IMG/VR virus record: IMGVR_UViG_3300030329_005488 | Coordinates: 5,696-69,695 of that record | DNA from: a virus | Reading direction: 5' to 3' (one strand) | Length of the DNA stretch: 64,000 nt | Part shown: piece after piece, positions 59,401 through 64,000 of the stretch | Numbering within the stretch: the stretch's first letter is position 1 | Layout: each line of letters opens with the position of its first letter | Position numbers and translations under genes: made by a program | The notes under the pieces: model-generated | Told to the model about the DNA's origin: nothing | Databases searched by the model: none | The model's input: the letters and a program-made list of their open reading frames with translations, nothing else

Positions 59401-62400
59401 CGGGATAGTGAGACACTCCCGGATTCATACCTTTATCGAAGAACAAATCCCCAGTGGGGAATAGACATGATTCCATCGGGGCAGTCCCAGCAGCAGCGCT
59501 TGAAGTCCATGCTGCGTTGTTTGTCCCACCAGTGAAATTACTCACTGTAGTATTTGACAATGTGGAAGAGATTGTAGTATTACCCGCGGTACCTGCATAC
59601 GCTTGTGTGAGCGTTAATACATTTGAGATACGAGAGACAAGAATTGCGCCATTATGTCCATTCGCATGTTCAATTGCTGTCTCTAAAGAATTAGCAACAT
59701 CGTCATTATTATTATCGACACTGAATTGATTCAATGCCGCGTTTGCTGTTCCTGACACTGCTGTATATTGTATCGATACACCTTGGGTAGATATAATAGT
59801 AATAGTTTGAGTGGCGCTGGGTTTACCTGCTGCGATTGTTACAGACCCAGCGCCCGAAGCATATCCATCATAAGCATTTATTGGTGGAGAGAATACTGTG
59901 TCAAACCCAAGACTCTCATTGGTATTTGCATAGGCAACTTGTGCATCTACGTGGGGCCCACCATTGGCCTCGGCAACAAAACGGTCATTGTTGTGTCGAG
60001 AATTATGAGATACTACAATGGTACCACCAGTACCCCCTCCCCACTTTTTATCCAGCATATCTCCAGCCAGAACTATACCTTCACGGTCAGCCTTTGCTAT
60101 AATAGGGAGTTCTCCTTCATAAGACACAGCAACATAATGACGTGCATGTAAACCAGTAGGGCAAGATGAACCATTCTGAGCGTAAGTATATCTTTCAATA
60201 ACAGGGTCGGAACCCGTAGTTGATTTAGTGAGAACATAGAAAGGAGAATTGAGAGAATGGCATTGCGCTGAAGGCCCGTAAGGATTGAAACCAAGTCCGG
60301 GATGCCATGCGCCCAGCCCGGCTGCTACACCATGTTCACCATCCGCTCTGTCTACTTTCAGACTGTTCAGATAGGAATATCTTTCACCATGCCAACCTAT
60401 TGAACCTACAGGGCGTGTCCTATCTACAGCGTCTACATATCCACTGAAATGGACTTGGGTACCAGCAAGTGCATCCAATATTGTATTGCGAGGGGGTGTA
60501 GCGGTAGATGCTGAATAATTGCCTTCTCCAGAAATAGTTTCAGGCGCCCCATTCGACCAACGGTGATTCCCCGTTTGGGTCCATACATAGACATCATAAG
60601 GGTCAGTATTGTTGGCTGAAAGTGCACCCGTCCCACTACCAGTAGGGTCTTCCAGATATCTCACAGCCGAGCCAGATAATGTACTTCTGAAATTATTAGA
60701 GAGATAGATTTCATTTTCGCTTGCATTATATCCGTAATAGAACCCATACAGACTAACTGGGTCAGTGCTACCACTTGTTCTCACAAGTCTTACCCAACCG
60801 AAAGCGGGCAGGCTTTCAGGTAATTTACCCGGGGAACCATCACCACTTGGTGTTATCCCGAGATAAGAATGACCATTAGTAGAATTCCCGTGTATCTTGT
60901 AATTGTCCGAGGCCACACTACCTACTTTAGTCCAAGAATATCGGTCTTGGCGTGTAGCGTCTTGGAAAGAGGGTAAGAAAGTACCTCCAATGGCTTTTAG
61001 ATTACCTTCTCCCGGCCAATTATTGATAGCCGCAGATATGATAGTAGCCAACTCTTCACTGTTCTGGCAACGTGAAGCATCAACCACGAAAACATCTCTT
61101 GGAGTATTTGACTCACTTAAATCGTAATCATACTCTGTGAGTGCCAAAGAACCTATACGGAACATTGTAGCATTAGTCCCTAATTGTATAGAGTGAGTAG
61201 CAGCACTGGAGGCTATATTCGTTGTTCTCTGCCCTGTAATGGTATTACTATTCGTAGGATGCGGGGGATTTTTACGTACAGCATTATCGAACCAATTCCC
61301 TCCCGGGGGTGACCCACCATCCATATGGAACATGACCCTCCAACTAAGAGCATCATCTGTATCACCATGCATTGATATCTGAGTAAAATCATAGAATGAG
61401 AAAGGATGACTGTAAACGCTACCGGCTGTTGCTCCATTAGAACCGAAATGATTAGTGATGAGAGACCCTTGGACGGCAGATGTGAGATTGAAATTACTGT
61501 TAGGGGCACCATAAGCAGGTTCCCAATGACGTAAGACATTGAAAGGATATACATTCGCTACTTGATATGCATGTGATTTTGGTAACCAAGCATCTGCTCC
61601 ACCAAGAGAAGAATTCCCATTGCTCATTTCGTTTGGGAGATATTTCCCTGAAGGAGTTCCTCGATAAAATGCACCACCATCACCACCAGATGCTGCATAT
61701 GCAAAAGTGTACAATACTTCATTCACATTCCACTTCGCTGATGGCTCTGTAGATGCAGCAGCGTTTGCTGCATTCTCACCACTCCAATGCTTTGGGACAG
61801 ATTGCCCGGGACCAAAGATAACATATGCTACTTCATTTGAAGAATCATCATATCGAGCATAAGGATGCGCGAAACGTAATACGACAGGTATAGGTTTAGT
61901 TACTTTCACATTACCATAAACACTGGCCTTAGTAAGAGTATCACTGGGGTCATGAGTATCGGTATCAGAGGAGATATCTGTTGGTAGAATGGCATCTACA
62001 TTAGCGAATGGAGGGCCTCCTTCACCCCGATGTTGGTCAAGTACATGAGTACCGGGGAACATTGCCATGATAGCAGTAGTATCAATCAAAGCATAGGAAC
62101 CCATATTCTCTCCTACATTTTGGAGACCAGCGCAGCCTGTAGGCCCACTTGAATAAGGATGGCTCATCACACTTGTGTAATCATTAGGTGTGCCGTCATT
62201 GATGTCAAGTACAACTCCACTGAAACCTCCACCAAAATATAGTGGTACACTGTGGTCTGGGCTGTCTTTAGCCCCACGGAAATAAGTGATGGGTTCACCG
62301 TATGTATTACCAGCGATTCTTACACCGTCGAAGATACGCGCCTCTTCCCCTCTACCCCAATACCATACATAATCATCTGCGGCTACACTCAGACTGTCTT

Positions 62401-64000
62401 TCGCTTCAGTGTTTATGATACCGAAATAATGGTCATCTACTGCATTATAATCCGATAAAGGCTGCGCTAAAGCCCACCTTTCATCATCGAACCAGATGAC
62501 TCTCTTCTCCACAAATGAGAGGTCGACGGAATTATTGAAATCTGCAGCGGTCTCGCTAAGTTGATTTTTCCTCCATGCTTCATATCTACCTAATGGTCCA
62601 AATGTGAACATGGTGTAATCAGTATATATTTTGACTGTTTTATAGCCACTTACACTGGTATCTATACTATGGACTCGTGTAATAGGCCCATCAATCGAAG
62701 GGAGTATATGGTCCCCAGCATATCTTGTGAAGAGTTCTCCTCTAAGATGCCTCTTCCAATCTGAGACATCAACTGCATTATTATTAGAGTCAACCAATAG
62801 AGGAGTGGCTGTATTAGCGTTCGTTCCACTATATTTAGTACGTATATTGAGAATATTCCTTGGGAGATATCCTACATCAAGACGCATGCCTCCATCGATT
62901 TCAGCACGACTGAGTCCTCCTAAATGATTATTATCAGCAGGAGCAGTGCCTCCCCCGTCAGATGCTGCTGAAGTAATACACCCAGCATATAATCCCCAAT
63001 CTGTCAATCTCTCTACTTCGAAAAGGGTATCTAATGGCATCACTTTTGTTTTATCATTCAGTGTCTTGACACGAATAGCAGTTTTTGCACCATCGCCCAT
63101 GATGTCTTTGAACTTCTTACGATTACTTGCATACATTTCACTACAATCGAAAGACTGTGCTTTACCACCCGGAGTGATACTCATAGCAAATTCTACAGCG
63201 GCAGCAATGACTTCATCAGTGAGGATAGTGGTTTGATTGAGAGCAGGGCTGAGAAGCACTGGTGAAATACTATCTCCTCTACTTGTCGGCCCTTTCTTAG
63301 ATGCGGCATCGAAGATAGTTGAAAGAGTCCCACCAGTTATACCATGAAATTCATGTGTACCACTTGCTCGATTATGAGTTCTTCCAGTATAATGTAGAAC
63401 GTGAGTACTACTGGTACCCGAACCGCTATCAGATGGGCTAATGAGAAGAGTACCACTATCTGGGAAACCTAACCACCCTAATGCATCCAGACTACTGGAT
63501 GTAGGTACATCATTCCAGAGATTACTTATTGTGAGTACATCACTGGAAGATACAGAGACAGATACTGCGTATGCATTTTCTTCAGCACGCACACCTCTCC
63601 ATAAGTTCCCTTTCCATGATGGTGCGTCTATACCATTAGCATAGGGCCCGATAGGATAGGCGCTCCCTCTCATATGTTTACCGAGAGTAAAACCACCTTG
63701 CGCTATATCACGGTCATCGAAGAAAATGATAATCTCATTTTCTAAACTGGGTGGTAAAATAGTTCTATCATTAGAGAATGATTCTCCTTCCTGACGATAA
63801 ATAAGTCGAATGGTGTGACTTTTTCCATTATGGTCCACGAAACGTATTCCATATAATGAAGAGTCGCCTATCGCTGTTGTTTTCACATCATCACTGGGCA
63901 CATAAGCAGAATACTCGGTAGGTCCGGCCACTGAATATATTTTAGCGAAACGCCCCTCGTTATTTTCAGGACCGAATCCCCATTTACCAGCATCAGGGGC
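53453..64000 (-). CDS. giant virion (tail/adsorption) protein, 5' end outside the window
   Basis: frame stays open from 63931 to the window edge (>3515 aa); S/T/G/N/D-rich; internal repeated module. Confidence 0.8.
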   Translation of the reverse strand, partial: APDAGKWGFGPENNEGRFAKIYSVAGPTEYSAYVPSDDVKTTAIGDSSLYGIRFVDHNGKSHTIRLIYRQEGESFSNDRTILPPSLENEIIIFFDDRDIAQGGFTLGKHMRGSAYPIGPYANGIDAPSWKGNLWRGVRAEENAYAVSVSVSSSDVLTISNLWNDVPTSSSLDALGWLGFPDSGTLLISPSDSGSGTSSTHVLHYTGRTHNRASGTHEFHGITGGTLSTIFDAASKKGPTSRGDSISPVLLSPALNQTTILTDEVIAAAVEFAMSITPGGKAQSFDCSEMYASNRKKFKDIMGDGAKTAIRVKTLNDKTKVMPLDTLFEVERLTDWGLYAGCITSAASDGGGTAPADNNHLGGLSRAEIDGGMRLDVGYLPRNILNIRTKYSGTNANTATPLLVDSNNNAVDVSDWKRHLRGELFTRYAGDHILPSIDGPITRVHSIDTSVSGYKTVKIYTDYTMFTFGPLGRYEAWRKNQLSETAADFNNSVDLSFVEKRVIWFDDERWALAQPLSDYNAVDDHYFGIINTEAKDSLSVAADDYVWYWGRGEEARIFDGVRIAGNTYGEPITYFRGAKDSPDHSVPLYFGGGFSGVVLDINDGTPNDYTSVMSHPYSSGPTGCAGLQNVGENMGSYALIDTTAIMAMFPGTHVLDQHRGEGGPPFANVDAILPTDISSDTDTHDPSDTLTKASVYGNVKVTKPIPVVLRFAHPYARYDDSSNEVAYVIFGPGQSVPKHWSGENAANAAASTEPSAKWNVNEVLYTFAYAASGGDGGAFYRGTPSGKYLPNEMSNGNSSLGGADAWLPKSHAYQVANVYPFNVLRHWEPAYGAPNSNFNLTSAVQGSLITNHFGSNGATAGSVYSHPFSFYDFTQISMHGDTDDALSWRVMFHMDGGSPPGGNWFDNAVRKNPPHPTNSNTITGQRTTNIASSAATHSIQLGTNATMFRIGSLALTEYDYDLSESNTPRDVFVVDASRCQNSEELATIISAAINNWPGEGNLKAIGGTFLPSFQDATRQDRYSWTKVGSVASDNYKIHGNSTNGHSYLGITPSGDGSPGKLPESLPAFGWVRLVRTSGSTDPVSLYGFYYGYNASENEIYLSNNFRSTLSGSAVRYLEDPTGSGTGALSANNTDPYDVYVWTQTGNHRWSNGAPETISGEGNYSASTATPPRNTILDALAGTQVHFSGYVDAVDRTRPVGSIGWHGERYSYLNSLKVDRADGEHGVAAGLGAWHPGLGFNPYGPSAQCHSLNSPFYVLTKSTTGSDPVIERYTYAQNGSSCPTGLHARHYVAVSYEGELPIIAKADREGIVLAGDMLDKKWGGGTGGTIVVSHNSRHNNDRFVAEANGGPHVDAQVAYANTNESLGFDTVFSPPINAYDGYASGAGSVTIAAGKPSATQTITIISTQGVSIQYTAVSGTANAALNQFSVDNNNDDVANSLETAIEHANGHNGAILVSRISNVLTLTQAYAGTAGNTTISSTLSNTTVSNFTGGTNNAAWTSSAAAGTAPMESCLFPTGDLFFDKGMNPGVSHYPDDALFSLSEGKASAKIVCVSGTPANYDGGAIVITDSAGTVRTYTWDDDAAPTDTAVVGSGTVRDVRIQGDTTGTLIAGRLKAAIEHSDGHNGTVGVSQLGGTLVLSQSTAGTAGNQTITKSGGGATATVNIAAGKPSATQTIVMVSTDDTSVTYTAVSGTADAGLNQFSIDNNNDDVAASLEAAIEHANGHNGKILVSRSSNILTLTQATAGSAGNNTISSSLSNTTVSGFASGFMGDDVVTITGFAGADTTKVLCSTDNNIALNLDAHDNAFDYWRSKSAARNFFSQHVVWKRMDGGNVCLPAQNARGLGAVPWVYRKVSSSYVKFGETVYGNVRFSFESTNKAMYPIIQAQELSHPQFAERFPHEIKNALDIPNEESQFEEIEVIDDTGQIHTLEGGSPFGTVIRDYELTSNRDVGGLAPALSGSGDSPNLKIQLPDADSIPGDILVRSGFDRLQAYQHETMGTGGLQRPSLPDSVVQSNFDSTNTNPSTGPFWENEGWERIDPRPNNFPDGRVGDMDNENPLATSYEPHDRALYFHVVRQGYTYTEREPLYISSLGVITHDEHTFVSYSGTVLTADSAVDSTVWKQDATPDGRYFLVVNGHVVSYTNVSGSTFTGCVFPPDFSASSGDTIKLSFYVPAGSTRHFAARRLRDHAEVSGESPDKKPITWSSVGNTTCPSTVIRSDRLTPMPIPRMGHHYVTPTMAMMPGHLAHPLYQRIYSSAFGCATTSIDSVEQDEGYTTLDNSRTFHADGTDGLMNNKKGVGINPLMWFSSLTSAHKPSDIHGGAFTLLTETKMRFDGYGIASTDTVNSTGGHRIRLEKGTNYALHWNFPDPLEAGAYQIVIQPNLFAQQFMGNNANESFGATGKPTGTVYPTLTDQQVNTVIALQADGATGFDLILAEATMADIRGCEIIINEVMLDIDPAPGQQFTSVPTLGLYNAFGVNEGTSGAFTRRSLPYRPNMFRKATPGYTLTVPWWAPAIKSSTVYATNPWRKLEHYLPDDYYHFCRSTLGAVGSQITLAGYPTYYIDPYIHTYSSLTPTCTFKKTTTAETSAGSSADGVIAVDNNDLFPLVGRDYWNHKLVITDSSGREHTATYTNRGYSSGTALTNTSRFTGVSGNAAFWSALSDGTTIRLSGAYGTLSPGEVYTKSDRSIATRNLPQLLAGTRDTNSLHSPDAYLCAWHYNLGRPMTYYSDSRTNIGDAAVDKSPYNHLPEHFETVHYHEFVYTMSDGPFDFRARHWSQAGGTIVDPDSFNVSYPPQARNDTQSSAKKYHFGAFWPGGSRFGAQMSTLTLWGTAAPGWGKYWDNRSIYRDTGSNGTSMGTVDSETLSDPVTGSDNISRNRGFGYRFGIRQPFNRPRWAIWSTTSLVDPYSNIHAGYKPGPFVQNDSQTTSTFIEGSSSSNSGIHSTSTATTSTSYVGVLERITNASAMVGSDLKIQQVRYSQGRRMTRPYGCAVRNFVNTDTVLRHHQGDRIAGIMSTVSKQRRNLALAISHYVIDWWGNTTGEDVRRFPLRGFGIRPAWDPEDAYRATDRTKSAQTFDDPARHKPSRAELDFFDPATAKRIGDRGDGRGVRWPTVFNEDVLQSVDTVMNPTGHVLSHHTSEPVFGKGLIRPSNSDLASDELKRGISNKLGVSSDDGLLKPEGMAGSNIERAKDTFVPANEFIQEPISRLSPRIGLDTMTVSEFNDGLSSEYVAMATEAHSLHTDRAIGRRYIMAAGIKTDTRAVADYDLTSLDFTSSFKQVMRLNMTHGLWPMGGTLILDLLNYMEPISDAGWGSSSGGSANPYQTSSHNPLASSGTRTNTTDKLLRLLVKPVRVLDHRHIEIFRDTSHALSGTAAGRYGVFTYSAPNARASSGRFVRSTNPAPDNPPYAPTYLFATSDYTTPTSSGPVIPGTEASGFSESLKQTVARIIVSSNTLQHFRADAARRQSRRSGDEDVIRNDYSVQPRFTQSVYPGSYQNTSTHTNESSHSDNQVSS
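58652..59860 (-). repeat. three copies of a ~110-aa beta module in the giant protein (one nested inside another); fourth copy in the tail fibre at about 49750-50149
   Basis: shared A.A...I...IST....YT ... L.AAIEH..GHNG ... LTLTQ..AG.AGN.TI ... F.G. Confidence 0.8.

Noticed and set aside
47147-63644. Numerous plus-strand ORFs opposite the tail genes
   Set aside because: Antisense shadows of long G/T/S/A-rich minus-strand genes, without SD or coupling
1-64000. Integrated provirus or host chromosome segment
   Set aside because: No integrase, att site or block of housekeeping genes in the window; the organisation is that of a lytic virus genome, although the sequence outside the window is unknown

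Overview
This window is part of a large tailed archaeal virus genome (Caudoviricetes). The most likely assignment is a magrovirus-type virus of marine Poseidoniales (MG-II). That is an inference from the archaeal-type replication module (PolB, PCNA-like clamp, RFC-like loader, fused PriS-PriL primase, MCM-like ATPase, ERCC4 nuclease, Cas4-like nuclease), a viral group II chaperonin, GGAGGTGA Shine-Dalgarno sites and very large tail-type genes. There are three blocks. (i) 81-8347, minus strand: a six-gene operon of membrane proteins plus an Arf-like small GTPase, preceded by a 1587-aa Zn-finger protein. (ii) 8911-45277, plus strand: many small early/accessory genes (ArdA, SF2 and SNF2/HARP helicases, DUF932-like, DenV-like, micro Zn fingers, a paralog array), then the replication/recombination cluster. 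(iii) 45237-64000, minus strand: small late proteins, tail fibre, baseplate-like genes and a >3500-aa virion protein cut by the window edge. A repeat- and hairpin-rich divergent region at about 8350-8910 separates the two transcription directions. The most notable observations are the viral Arf-like GTPase/membrane operon, a short P-x-D-L-A-W-x-x-L-K tag shared by unrelated late proteins, an apparently inactive DNA ligase, PIP-box-only microproteins, a 26-bp duplicated promoter, an intergenic RNA pseudoknot and a nested mobile domain in the tail proteins. All product calls come from reading motifs by eye; no database searches were run.
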